A stretch of 21,513 nt of DNA from Candidatus Methylomirabilia bacterium (GCA_041497895.1 JBGQHJ010000087.1:1-21513); one strand, 5' to 3'; counted from the stretch's first letter, positions 7,578-16,523 are shown. Program-made: numbers and translations. Notes: generated by a model not told the origin, from the sequence alone.

Positions 7578-8603
7578 ATGCGCCTGACATCTCTCATGGG
7601 CTTCCTCGCCGACGACCTCGCGGTCGACCTGGGCACGGCCAATACCCTCGTGTACGTCCGGGGGCAGGGCATCGTCCTGAACGAGCCCTCGATCGTGGCC
7701 ATGAAGGACGGCGCGGTGTTGGCGGCGGGTCATGAGGCCAAGGCGATGCTGGGCCGCGCGCCGGGGACCATCTCGGTGGTGCGTCCGCTCCGGCACGGCG
7801 TGATCGCCGACTTCGACAGCACCGAGAAGATGCTTCACTACTTCATCGCCAAGACCCGTCAGCGCAAGAGCCTCGTGCATCCGCGGGTGGTGGTCACGGT
7901 GCCATCCGGCATCACCCAGGTCGAGAAGCGGGCGGTGCGCCAGTCGGCGCGGCAGGCCGGCGCGCGCGAGGCCTTCCTCATCGAGGAGCCGATCGCCGCC
8001 GCGCTGGGTGCGGGCCTGCCGGTGGCCGAGCCGGGCGCGAACATGATCGTCGACATCGGCGGAGGCACCACCGAGGTGGCGGTGATGTCGCTGTCCGGCA
8101 TCGTGTACTGCAAGTCGGTCCGGATCGCAGGCGACGAGATGAACACCGCGGTCATCCAGCACATCCGCAAGAGCTACAGCTTGCTCGTGGGCGAGCGCCA
8201 CGCCGAGGAGATCAAGCTCCGGCTCGGCTCGGCCTACCCGGTCCCCGGCGAGCACCTCACCATGGAGGTCAAGGGCCGCGATCTCATCGTCGGCATCCCG
8301 AAGACCATCCTGGTCACTGGCGAGGAGATCCGCGAAGCGCTGCGCGAGCCGATCATGGCCATCGTGAGCGCGGTGCACACCTGCCTCGAGCAGATCCCGC
8401 CCGAGCTGGCGGCCGACATCGTGGACAAGGGCATCGTGGTGTCCGGCGGCGGCGCGCTGCTGCGCGGCCTGGGCGCCTTGCTCCACGACCAGACCGGCCT
8501 GCCGATCCGCGTCAGCGACGATCCGCTCACCTGCGTGGTGCGCGGCGCCGGCTGCCTGCTGGACGACGTCAAGCTGCTCTCCCGCGTCGCGCTGCCGTCG
8601 TAG
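7578..8603 (+). CDS. mreB: Rod shape-determining protein MreB (actin-like), no adjacent mreC/mreD
   Basis: DLGTANT, LNEPSIV, RPLRHGVIADF, IEEPIAAA, VDIGGGTTEVA, GGGALL. Confidence 0.96.
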   Translation: MRLTSLMGFLADDLAVDLGTANTLVYVRGQGIVLNEPSIVAMKDGAVLAAGHEAKAMLGRAPGTISVVRPLRHGVIADFDSTEKMLHYFIAKTRQRKSLVHPRVVVTVPSGITQVEKRAVRQSARQAGAREAFLIEEPIAAALGAGLPVAEPGANMIVDIGGGTTEVAVMSLSGIVYCKSVRIAGDEMNTAVIQHIRKSYSLLVGERHAEEIKLRLGSAYPVPGEHLTMEVKGRDLIVGIPKTILVTGEEIREALREPIMAIVSAVHTCLEQIPPELAADIVDKGIVVSGGGALLRGLGALLHDQTGLPIRVSDDPLTCVVRGAGCLLDDVKLLSRVALPS

Positions 8604-8687
8604 AGAAGCGCGTCGGCGCCACCGCGCCGGGCCGCTTCCCTGATTCGCCGCCACCGCGACCCGCGGGCCCATCCCCTCGGCTCCCGC

Positions 8688-8693
8688 TATAAT
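8688..8693 (+). promoter_or_regulatory. -10 element (TATAAT)
   Basis: Perfect TATAAT in GC-rich DNA 58 nt upstream of ATG 8752; no clear -35. Confidence 0.5.
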
Positions 8694-8751
8694 GGCGAGG
8701 ACTCCGGCCGCGGGCCGGCCGGTCGATTTCTCGCCACCCACTGGAGGCCAT

Positions 8752-10044
8752 ATGAAGGGCGTGACCCTGCCGACCGAGACCGTCTTCGTGATGGAGAACT
8801 CGCCGATCAAGTTCGGGCTGGGCGCGATGGACGAGATCGGCTTCGACGCCAGCCGGCTCGGCATCAAAAAAGCGCTCATCTTCACCGATCGTCACGTGGC
8901 GGAGCTGGGCCTGCCGGAGCGGGTGCGCGCTCTGCTCGAGGAGCAAGGCGTGAAGGCCGACGTCTGGGACGGGGTCGAGGGGGAGCCCACCGATCGGTCG
9001 ATGGAGGAGGCCGGCGAGTACGCGCGCAGCAAGGAGTTCGACGGCCTCATCGCGGTGGGCGGCGGGAGCACCATCGACACCTGCAAGGCGGCGAACCTCC
9101 TCACCTGCTACCCGGCGCCCCTGCTCGACTACATCAACAAGCCGGTGGGCAAAGGCGTGCCGGTACCGGGCCCGGTGCGGCCCCTCATCGCAGTACCGAC
9201 CACCGCGGGCACCGGCAGCGAGACCACCGCGGTGGCCGTGACCCACGTGCTGGACCAGAACGTGAAGGCGGGCGTCTCACACCGGCTCCTGCGGCCCGCG
9301 CTCGGCGTGGTGGATCCGCTCAATACCCTGAGCGCGCCCCCCGAGGTCACGGCGGCGGCGGGCGCCGACATCCTCACTCACGCCATCGAGTCGTACACCA
9401 CCCGACCCTACAACGCGCGCGCCAAGCATCACCCCCCGGACCGGCCCGCCTACATCGGCGCGAACCCGGCCAGCGACATCTGGTGCGAGAAGGCCATGGA
9501 GTACGCGGCTCGCTACCTCCGTCGCGCGGTGCTGAACGGGCTCGACGTGGAGGCGCGCCTGCACCTGGCGCTGGCCGCCAATTACGCCGGGATCGGCTTC
9601 GGCAACGCGGGCGTGCACATCCCCCACGCGGTGGCCTATCCGATCGCGGGGCTCGTGCGCGACTACGTCCCGAGCGGCTACCGCACCCGCCATCCCCTGG
9701 TCCCGCACGGCATGTCGGTGATCCTCACCGCCCCCGCCGCGTTCCGCTTCACCTACGCGACGTCGCCCGAGCGCCACCTCCGCGCCGCCGAGCTGCTCGG
9801 GGTGCCGGTGGCCGACCTGAGCGAAGCGGAGCGGCGCGAGGCGCTGCCGCGGGCGCTGCTGTCCATCATGCGGGACATCGGCATCCCCAACGGTCTCTCC
9901 GCCATCGGCTACACCGAGCGCGACGTGCCCGCCCTCATCGAGGGCACGCTGCGCCAGCCACGCCTGCTGTCGGGAGCGCCGCGGCCGGTGGGCCAGCCGG
10001 AGCTCGAGCTGATCCTCCGGGACGCGATGCAGTACTGGGGCTAG
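8752..10044 (+). CDS. Hydroxyacid-oxoacid transhydrogenase-like, iron-containing ADH family
   Basis: AVGGGSTIDTCKAANL, PTTAGTGSETT, HAIESYT, GIGFGNAGVHIPH, VPHGMSV; ATG at 8752 after GGAGG. Confidence 0.88.
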   Translation: MKGVTLPTETVFVMENSPIKFGLGAMDEIGFDASRLGIKKALIFTDRHVAELGLPERVRALLEEQGVKADVWDGVEGEPTDRSMEEAGEYARSKEFDGLIAVGGGSTIDTCKAANLLTCYPAPLLDYINKPVGKGVPVPGPVRPLIAVPTTAGTGSETTAVAVTHVLDQNVKAGVSHRLLRPALGVVDPLNTLSAPPEVTAAAGADILTHAIESYTTRPYNARAKHHPPDRPAYIGANPASDIWCEKAMEYAARYLRRAVLNGLDVEARLHLALAANYAGIGFGNAGVHIPHAVAYPIAGLVRDYVPSGYRTRHPLVPHGMSVILTAPAAFRFTYATSPERHLRAAELLGVPVADLSEAERREALPRALLSIMRDIGIPNGLSAIGYTERDVPALIEGTLRQPRLLSGAPRPVGQPELELILRDAMQYWG

Positions 10045-10046
10045 GA

Positions 10047-11423
10047 CTAGAGCTGCCCGGAGTCACCCCACTCGGCGAGGCGCGCGCGGTAGGCGGGATC
10101 CTGATAGCGATCGAGGTGGAACGCGGGCGCGTAGCGGGGCAGCCGGCGCTCCGCGATGTAGTCGGCCAGGAGATCGGCGGCGCCATTCGAGGACATCATC
10201 CCGTAGCCGGAGAGACCGCCCAGGACGTAGGCGCCCTCGATCGGTAGCGGTCCCGAGAGCAGCCGGTTCTCCTCGGTCTTGGTGTAGTAGCCGCCGTCCA
10301 CGAAGTACTTGGGGAGCCGCGGCACGTAGGCACGCAGGCCCGGGATCAGCCGGGTCATCCCGCGGATCACGATCTCGGCGTACGCCGGGTCGAACTCGAC
10401 GGGAAAGCGCGGCTCCATCGGCTCGACGTCGTAGGTCCACACCCCGAGCATCACCGGGCTGTCCCCGCCGCCCTCCGGCCGGCCGTGCACGCCCGCGGGC
10501 ATCTCGTCCAGGAGATGCCGGTGCGACTCGGCTTGCTCGAGCTCCTCGCGCTCGTCATCGGCCCACGGCAGCCGCACCGGATCCGTCCAGATCATCATGG
10601 GCGCGTCTCGGGGCACCACGCCCTGCGGGTCGTGGAAGGCCACCTTGGCGTGGCGCTCGCAGAAAACCGGGAGATCGATCCCCAGGAGCCGCCCGACTTC
10701 CTTGACGTACGGACCCGCCGCGTTCACGAAGCGCGGCGTGGCGATCACGCGATTGCCGTCCCGGCCACTCACGCGCACCCCGGTCACGCGACCGCCCGCG
10801 GTCGTCACCGCGTCCACCCGCCCATCGATGAGCTGCACGCCCGCCTCACGCGCCCGCTCCAGCAAGTACATCCCGAGCTGCTGGCCGCTGAACCAGCCGC
10901 AGCGTCGCGCGTGCAGCAGAGCCACCGTGTCCTCGGCGAGGTACGGGAAGTGCCGTCGGATCACGCTCCGGTCGGTCACCACGTCCGTGCCGATGGGTTG
11001 TCCCTCGTAGCCGGTGGCGGGCGACGGCTGGTAGTCACCGCCCGGCGACCGGTGCACGCGCGACGGGCCGACTCCGCGCGTCGCGGCGTCCCGACCGGCT
11101 TCGAGATAGCGCTCGACCTGCTCGGGCTGGGCGGTGGCGAAGAGGTACCCGCGACGGTTCATGAGGAACACGTTGTCGCTCGCGCGCGCGAGCTCCTCCA
11201 TGAGGTCGATGCTGCGGTTCATGAGGGCGACCATGTCGTCGCCGGGGCCCGGCCACCAGTTCCGGTAGGACTCGGCCGACTTGTCGCTCGTGAGCGAGAG
11301 AGGCGGCCGCTCGTCGACGAGCACCACCGAGCGGACGCCCCGGCGGACGGTCAGATGATACGCGGCCGCCACGCCGGCGATGCCGGCCCCGCAGATCACC
11401 ACTTCCGCCGTCGGCGCGCTCAT
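10047..11423 (-). CDS. FAD-dependent oxidoreductase, DAO/sarcosine oxidase beta-like
   Basis: VVICGAGIAG dinucleotide fold, VNAAGPY, GLSGYGMM. Confidence 0.85.
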   Translation of the reverse strand: MSAPTAEVVICGAGIAGVAAAYHLTVRRGVRSVVLVDERPPLSLTSDKSAESYRNWWPGPGDDMVALMNRSIDLMEELARASDNVFLMNRRGYLFATAQPEQVERYLEAGRDAATRGVGPSRVHRSPGGDYQPSPATGYEGQPIGTDVVTDRSVIRRHFPYLAEDTVALLHARRCGWFSGQQLGMYLLERAREAGVQLIDGRVDAVTTAGGRVTGVRVSGRDGNRVIATPRFVNAAGPYVKEVGRLLGIDLPVFCERHAKVAFHDPQGVVPRDAPMMIWTDPVRLPWADDEREELEQAESHRHLLDEMPAGVHGRPEGGGDSPVMLGVWTYDVEPMEPRFPVEFDPAYAEIVIRGMTRLIPGLRAYVPRLPKYFVDGGYYTKTEENRLLSGPLPIEGAYVLGGLSGYGMMSSNGAADLLADYIAERRLPRYAPAFHLDRYQDPAYRARLAEWGDSGQL

Positions 11424-11487
11424 GGCGGGACGACTCTACACGCTTTGAGCGGGCAACGGAACCGGCCGCCACCTGGTGGACACTGTC

Positions 11488-11512
11488 AGCGTCACGACCT
11501 CCGCGTGACGCT
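11488..11512. repeat. Perfect 9-bp inverted repeat, candidate regulator site
   Basis: AGCGTCACG-N7-CGTGACGCT in the divergent intergenic region. Confidence 0.5.
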
Positions 11513-11566
11513 CCAATGACGCGCTGGCAGCCCCACAAGTAGCTGGGATCATTCGCTTCGCCTCCC

Positions 11567-11581
11567 TGGCACGTCAGTTGC
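11567..11581 (+). promoter_or_regulatory. Sigma54 -24/-12 promoter
   Basis: TGGCAC-GTCAG-TTGC(T). Confidence 0.85.
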
Positions 11582-11594
11582 TCAACGGGCGTCC

Positions 11595-11906
11595 ATGATG
11601 ACCACCCGACAGAACGATCGCCGTCGGCACCCCCGCTCGGACGTCTCCTGGCTCGTGGTCGTCGAGGCCGGGAAGCGTCGATTCCTGCTCCAGACCGTGG
11701 ACATCTCGGCCCGCGGCGCAAAGGTGAGGCCTCGGGAGCGCCTGGACATCGGGACGCCGGCCCAGCTGCGCTTCCGTCCCCCGGACGGAACGCCGTTCAA
11801 CGTGCCGGCCCTGGTGTGGCGCACCGACTCCGACGGGCTCGCCTTCCTCTTCATGGGCGACATCCAGGATCGCCTGCGTCGCTCCGGCCGCCTGCTCGCC
11901 AGCTGA
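11595..11906 (+). CDS. Stand-alone PilZ domain protein
   Basis: RxxxR (RRHPR) and DxSxxG (DISARG) motifs both present. Confidence 0.88.
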   Translation: MMTTRQNDRRRHPRSDVSWLVVVEAGKRRFLLQTVDISARGAKVRPRERLDIGTPAQLRFRPPDGTPFNVPALVWRTDSDGLAFLFMGDIQDRLRRSGRLLAS

Positions 11907-11920
11907 ACGCGCCGCGACCG

Positions 11921-14233
11921 CTACTTCTTGAACCAGTCCCAGACCCGATCCCACCAGCGCCCGATCTGCTCCGTCACACCGCCGTGCTCCTCACACGGGG
12001 GCGGCTCCGTCCCGGCCAGGAATACCTCGGTCACCACGACCGGGCAGTAGGCGGTCGCCCGCCGTCCGTTGCCCGCGTCGATCTTCGCATAGACGACGCC
12101 GGCCGGCTCCGGGAACGCGCCGCCCGGATAGACGTCCAGGGCCTGGCGCATGAACTCCGACCAGATCGGTAGCGCGCCCTCCGCGCCGGACAGCCCCGCC
12201 GGCGCGCCGTCGTCGAAGCCGACCCACACCAGGGCCAGCAGGTTCGACGAGTAGCCCACGAACCAGGCGTCGCGCCCATCGTTCGTGGTGCCGGTCTTGC
12301 CCGCCACCGCGCCGGGCACCCCCATCGTGCGGGCCGCGGCGCCGGTGCCGGCATTGATCACCCCTTCGAGGAGCGAGGTCACGAGGAAGGCCTCGGGCGC
12401 GCCGATCACCTGCCGCGTCTCCCGGCCGGCGCTCCAGATCGCGCGACCGCTGTCGTCGGTGACGGTGTCCACCGCGCCTCCGCCCGGCGCGAGTCCACCG
12501 TTGGCCAGCGGCAGGTACGCGCGCGCGAGATCGAGCGGGGTGGTCTCGAAGACGCCCAGGGCCAGCGCCGGCACCGGCTTGAGGTCTCCCTCGACGCCCA
12601 GCGCGCGGGCGGTCCCGACGACGGTGCCGAGGCCGACGGCCTGGGCCAGGCGCACGGTGGCGGTATTCAGCGAGCCCTCGAGGGCCCGACGCACCGTGAC
12701 CATGCCCTGATAGTGATCGTCGTAGTTCTTGGGGCTCCACGGTTTGCCGTCCACCACGACCGTGATCGGCGCGTCCTCGATCAGCGAGGCGGTGGTGAAT
12801 CGCGGCCCCTCCTGGCGCGGGGTGAGCGCGGCGAGGAACACGAACGGCTTGAAGGCCGAGCCCGGCTGTCGCCGCGCGAGGACCGCGCGGTTGAACTGGC
12901 TGAGGCGGTAGTCGCGACCGCCGACCAGCGCGCGCACTTGCCCGGTCGTGGTATCGAGCACGATGAGCGCGGCCTGCAGGCGCTCCTCGGGGCCCTTGCG
13001 GCGCAGGCGCGGCCGCGCGGTCTCGAGCCGGTCGATCCCCTTGACCACCGCGGCCTCCGCGAGCCGCTGCAGCACCGGGTCGAGCGTCGTGTAGACCCGC
13101 ACGCCGTGCTGTTCGGCCAGGTCCATGTCGGTGGAGCGCTCGAGCTCCGCGCGGACGTAGTCGACGAAGTACGGCGCCACCAGGCCGTTGCCCGGCGTGG
13201 GATGGGCCTTCACCGGCTCGCGGCGGGCCCGGCGATAGTCCGCCTCCGAGATCTTCCCCAGATCGCGCAGGCGAGTCAGCACCACGTCGCGCCGCTCCCG
13301 CGCCCGGTCGGGATTCGCGGTCGGCGAGTAGCTGTTCGGGCCGCGGATCATCCCGGCAAGGAGCGCCGCCTCGGGCAGGGTGAGCTGGTGGACCTCCTTG
13401 CCGAAGTAGGCGCGGGAGGCGGCGCCGATCCCGCGCACCGCCGCGCCGCCGACCTGTCCCAGATAGATCTCGTTCAGGTACGCCTCGAGGATCTGGTCCT
13501 TCGAGTACCGCCATTCGAGCGCGGTCGACAGCCAGGCCTCGTTGAGCTTGCGCGAGAACGTCCGCTCGGGGGTGAGGAGCCGGCTCTTCACGAGCTGCTG
13601 GGTGATCGTGCTGCCGCCCTCGACGACCCGCCCCTTGCGCACGTTCGCCCAGAGCGCGCGCAGCACGCCGCGCGGATCGAGCCCGCCGTGCTCGTAGAAG
13701 CGCTCGTCCTCGATGGCCAGGATGGCGGTGCGCACCACCGGGGGAACGTCGGCCAGGTGAACCGGGCGGATATTCTCTCCCATCCCCGCGCCCGCGCTGG
13801 CGAGCAGCTCGGGAGGCAGCGCCACGCTCCGCACGTCGGTGCCGTTCTGGCGCAGGCGGGTGATGCGCCCGTCGGACACCGTCAGGTTGACCCGGCCCGC
13901 GCCGCCGCCCCCGGACCCGACGTTGACGTCCCAGGCGCTGTCCGTTCGCGAGAACTGGCCCGGCCCCGCCGCGCTTCGGCTCTCGCGGTAGCCGAGCCGG
14001 CCGAGGAGACCGGCCAGATCGAGCGCGCTCACCGAGACCCCGGGCCGGAGCACCGGCGGAGCCGCGTAGAGGAGGGTCGAGCGGCGTGCCTCGACCCGCT
14101 CGAACTTGGAGAGGGCGCGTGCCGAATAGATGGCGAGACCGGCCCCCACGACAATGAGAATCCCGAGCAGTGCCCCTGCGAACAGCGTGAGGCGGCGCAA
14201 GATGCGGAAGCGGCCCTCCCACAACGTGACCAT
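11921..14233 (-). CDS. mrcB: Class A penicillin-binding protein (transglycosylase/transpeptidase), PBP1B-like
   Basis: N-terminal TM helix; UB2H-like segment LGRLGYR; GT51 motifs EDERFYEHGG, GGSTITQQLVK, RKLNE; TP motifs SAFK, SLN, KTG. PBP1B versus PBP1A subtype is tentative. Confidence 0.88.
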   Translation of the reverse strand: MVTLWEGRFRILRRLTLFAGALLGILIVVGAGLAIYSARALSKFERVEARRSTLLYAAPPVLRPGVSVSALDLAGLLGRLGYRESRSAAGPGQFSRTDSAWDVNVGSGGGGAGRVNLTVSDGRITRLRQNGTDVRSVALPPELLASAGAGMGENIRPVHLADVPPVVRTAILAIEDERFYEHGGLDPRGVLRALWANVRKGRVVEGGSTITQQLVKSRLLTPERTFSRKLNEAWLSTALEWRYSKDQILEAYLNEIYLGQVGGAAVRGIGAASRAYFGKEVHQLTLPEAALLAGMIRGPNSYSPTANPDRARERRDVVLTRLRDLGKISEADYRRARREPVKAHPTPGNGLVAPYFVDYVRAELERSTDMDLAEQHGVRVYTTLDPVLQRLAEAAVVKGIDRLETARPRLRRKGPEERLQAALIVLDTTTGQVRALVGGRDYRLSQFNRAVLARRQPGSAFKPFVFLAALTPRQEGPRFTTASLIEDAPITVVVDGKPWSPKNYDDHYQGMVTVRRALEGSLNTATVRLAQAVGLGTVVGTARALGVEGDLKPVPALALGVFETTPLDLARAYLPLANGGLAPGGGAVDTVTDDSGRAIWSAGRETRQVIGAPEAFLVTSLLEGVINAGTGAAARTMGVPGAVAGKTGTTNDGRDAWFVGYSSNLLALVWVGFDDGAPAGLSGAEGALPIWSEFMRQALDVYPGGAFPEPAGVVYAKIDAGNGRRATAYCPVVVTEVFLAGTEPPPCEEHGGVTEQIGRWWDRVWDWFKK

Positions 14234-14273
14234 CAGCCGTCCGCGCGCACGCTCTGGGAGGGAGGTGAGAGGC

Positions 14274-14669
14274 TCAGGAGCCGGCGTCCCTCCGCAGGGT
14301 GATCATCACCAGCCGGGCCACGTCGGGATCGTCCGAGAGCTCGACCACCACGAAGTCGCCGATGCGGACGTCGCCGAGCCCGATGGTGCTGTCCCGGAAC
14401 GCGTCCTTCAGATCCCGACCGGTCTGGTTGCGCTGCGACCAGAGGACGATGGCATCGCGACGCACCTGTACTCTGAAGGCCCGGCGCTCGCCCCCCGCTC
14501 CGAACTCGTCCACGATGAGGGTGCGCGCCTGAGGATCCACCGCCAGCACCGTCCCGGCGTGCCGCTCCCCGGCCGGTGCGGCCGGCGGCACCAGCAACAC
14601 GAGCAGCCCGGCGAGGAGCGCGGCCGCCGCCCCGCCGCGCCACCCGGACCGCCGCACACGAGCGCTCAC
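14274..14669 (-). CDS. Exported small beta-barrel (OB-fold/DUF5666-like) protein
   Basis: GTG start overlaps the upstream TGA; signal-like segment; GTVLAVDPQARTLIV...LGDVRIGDFVVVE pattern. Confidence 0.65.
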   Translation of the reverse strand: MSARVRRSGWRGGAAAALLAGLLVLLVPPAAPAGERHAGTVLAVDPQARTLIVDEFGAGGERRAFRVQVRRDAIVLWSQRNQTGRDLKDAFRDSTIGLGDVRIGDFVVVELSDDPDVARLVMITLRRDAGS

Positions 14670-15289
14670 GAGCGGGGCGCGGCGGGCGCTCCCACCTCTG
14701 CCGCCTTCATCTTCCGGACCAGCTCGGCGTACGAGGAGGTCTGGATGATCTTGTCGAACTGGGTCCGGTAGTTGTTGATCAAACTCACGCCCTCGACGGC
14801 CACGTCGTACACGAGCCACCGATCGCCTCGCTGCTGCATACGATAGTCCACCGGGATCTCCGTGCCCTGCTTGCTGACGAAGCGGGTGCGCACGGTCGCG
14901 AGCCCGCCGTCGACCGCCTCTCCCGCGTAGGCGATGCGCTCGCCGCTGTAACGCTCGATCTTCGAGATGTAGGCCCGCTCGATCAGATCCGTGAAGAGCT
15001 CGGTGAACTCCTGACGGTCCTTCTCGGAGAGGGTCTGCCAGTGGCGGCCGAGGGCCCGCTTCGCGGTCTCGGTGAAGTCGAAGACGACCTCGGCCTCCTT
15101 GCGAATGGCGGCCCGGCGGTCCTTCGCGCGAGCGTCCGTCTTGAGGGCGGGGTCTTCCAGCACCTTGACGATCTGCTCGACGGACGACTTGAGCTGATCG
15201 GTGGGCGCCCCGGCCTCGACCACCGGAGCGCCGGCCAGGAGTCCCGCCACCGCTACTGGCACGAGCCGCGCGACGAGTCCCACGCGCAC
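14666..15289 (-). CDS. mlaC: MlaC/Ttg2D-family periplasmic phospholipid-binding protein
   Basis: FDFTETAKRALGRHW, IPVDYRM, WLVYDVAVEGVSLINNYRTQF; GTG start at 15289. Confidence 0.88.
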   Translation of the reverse strand: MRVGLVARLVPVAVAGLLAGAPVVEAGAPTDQLKSSVEQIVKVLEDPALKTDARAKDRRAAIRKEAEVVFDFTETAKRALGRHWQTLSEKDRQEFTELFTDLIERAYISKIERYSGERIAYAGEAVDGGLATVRTRFVSKQGTEIPVDYRMQQRGDRWLVYDVAVEGVSLINNYRTQFDKIIQTSSYAELVRKMKAAEVGAPAAPRS

Positions 15290-15291
15290 GT

Positions 15292-15648
15292 TCAGGCCGC
15301 CCGCGTCAGGATGGCCGGATCCACTTTGATGTGGTCCTCGACCTGGAAGTCGGAGCGGCTCCGGGAGATCTCCCGCCGGGCCACGTCGACCGCGGCGGAC
15401 CGGAGCTCGGCGCGCGGCACCGCGCCCTTGATCTCGACGACGAGCGGCGTGCCCTTCCACAGCGGCACGTGCGCGGTCGGCGTCAGCGGCAGTCCCGCGA
15501 GCGAGGCATCCATCAGCAGCGCGTCCGACACTCTGGCCTGGGCCGCCACCGCTTCCTCCTCTCGCTGGCGCTTGAGATCGTAGAGCTTCACCCCGATTCC
15601 GAGCAGAACGACCAGGGACAGCATCGCTGCGACGACGATGATTTCCAT
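15292..15648 (-). CDS. Membrane-anchored BON-like domain protein
   Basis: GGAGG RBS; N-terminal TM; VEIKGAVP...AAVDVARR...VEDHIKV resembles BON topology. Confidence 0.6.
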   Translation of the reverse strand: MEIIVVAAMLSLVVLLGIGVKLYDLKRQREEEAVAAQARVSDALLMDASLAGLPLTPTAHVPLWKGTPLVVEIKGAVPRAELRSAAVDVARREISRSRSDFQVEDHIKVDPAILTRAA

Positions 15649-15676
15649 GGTGGTCACCTCCGCGGCTCTCGAGGCT

Positions 15677-15691
15677 GCATCGCCCATGCCA
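15677..15691 (-). promoter_or_regulatory. Sigma54 -24/-12 promoter of the BON-mlaC-OB-PBP operon
   Basis: TGGCAT-GGGCG-ATGC(A); GG-N10-GC spacing intact. Confidence 0.7.
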
Positions 15692-15772
15692 GCGGGATGG
15701 GACCGTGCCTCGTGTCCAAGTTACCACCCCATAAGCCGCCGGCCATCACAACTGGACGAACCGTCCCGATCG

Positions 15773-15809
15773 AGTAGGAATTTCCAGGACCATCGTGTAA
15801 AGCTTTCCA
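15773..15809. promoter_or_regulatory. Candidate paired enhancer (bEBP UAS)
   Basis: AGTAGGAATTTCCA and TGTAAAGCTTTCCA, 23 bp apart, ~80-120 bp upstream of the sigma54 motif. Confidence 0.5.
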
Positions 15810-15843
15810 GCGCGGCCCCGGCGCGCCGGACAGGCGCGACGCG

Positions 15844-16461
15844 TCAACGTGCACCCTGCGGGAGCGGCTGCTCCCAGGCCCACTCGTCCTCGAGCACCGC
15901 CCGGGCCACGTCGCCCAGCCGCTGCCGGGAGTTCATCGCCTGCTTGCGCAGCCACCGGAACGCCTCGGCCTCGCTCAGCTGCCGATCGCTCATCAGCTTG
16001 CCCTTCGCCCGATCCACGAGCGGACGCTCGGCCCGCGCTTGCTGCATCCGCCGGATGTCGCGGAAGCGCGCGAGCGCGAGATCGAGAGTCGGCGCGACCT
16101 CCGCCGCGCGGAGCGGCTTCAGCATGAAACCCATCACCCCGGCGCGATTGGCCTGCTTCACGACGGCGGACGCGGTGTCGCGGGTGAAGAGCACCGCCGG
16201 ACAGTCGCACGCCGCGGTGATGCGCGGCATGAGCGCCGGCTCGCGCCGTCCCGAGAGGCTGGGCGCGATGATCAGCACGTCGGGGCGGGTCTGCTGCATC
16301 AGGGCCACCGCGTCCAGCCGCAAGGGCGCCTCCAGCGCCACCGTGCCTCCCGCGTCCTCGACGGCCGCGCGCAGCGAGGCACGCGACGCGATGTCGCCGT
16401 CGAGCACGGCCACCCTCCAGCGGGGCGAGCCGTTCCTCCACATCCTGCCGATCATTCGCAT
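15844..16461 (-). CDS. ANTAR-domain regulator with pseudo-receiver (AmiR/NasT-like)
   Basis: AGGAGG RBS; C-terminal VDRAKGKLM...LSEAEAFRWLRKQAMNSRQRLGDVA; receiver has PDVLIIA where the phospho-Asp is expected. Confidence 0.88.
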   Translation of the reverse strand: MRMIGRMWRNGSPRWRVAVLDGDIASRASLRAAVEDAGGTVALEAPLRLDAVALMQQTRPDVLIIAPSLSGRREPALMPRITAACDCPAVLFTRDTASAVVKQANRAGVMGFMLKPLRAAEVAPTLDLALARFRDIRRMQQARAERPLVDRAKGKLMSDRQLSEAEAFRWLRKQAMNSRQRLGDVARAVLEDEWAWEQPLPQGAR

Positions 16462-16490
16462 GGGCCGACCTCCTGAGGCGTCCGCCGGTC

Positions 16491-16505
16491 GCAACCCGCG
16501 TGCCA
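16491..16505 (-). promoter_or_regulatory. Sigma54 -24/-12 promoter of the ANTAR gene
   Basis: TGGCAC-GCGGG-TTGC. Confidence 0.85.
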
Positions 16506-16523
16506 AGGCCGCGCGACCCTCGA

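Noticed and set aside
8604..8645. Hairpin after mreB as an intrinsic terminator
   Set aside because: Imperfect stem and no U-tract.
166..14302. Long alternative-frame/antisense ORFs (e.g. 166..1281, 7404..8885, 11991..14222, 12713..14302)
   Set aside because: Arg/Gly/Pro-rich shadows of well-supported genes, expected in high-GC DNA; no motifs or RBS.
14666..15727. Extended N-termini in the ORF track (mlaC from 15727; also pckG 2094, HOT 8692, ANTAR 16629, SPOR-like 16500, CmpX-like 20421)
   Set aside because: Extensions overlap other genes or promoters; downstream starts have an RBS, translational coupling or promoter support.
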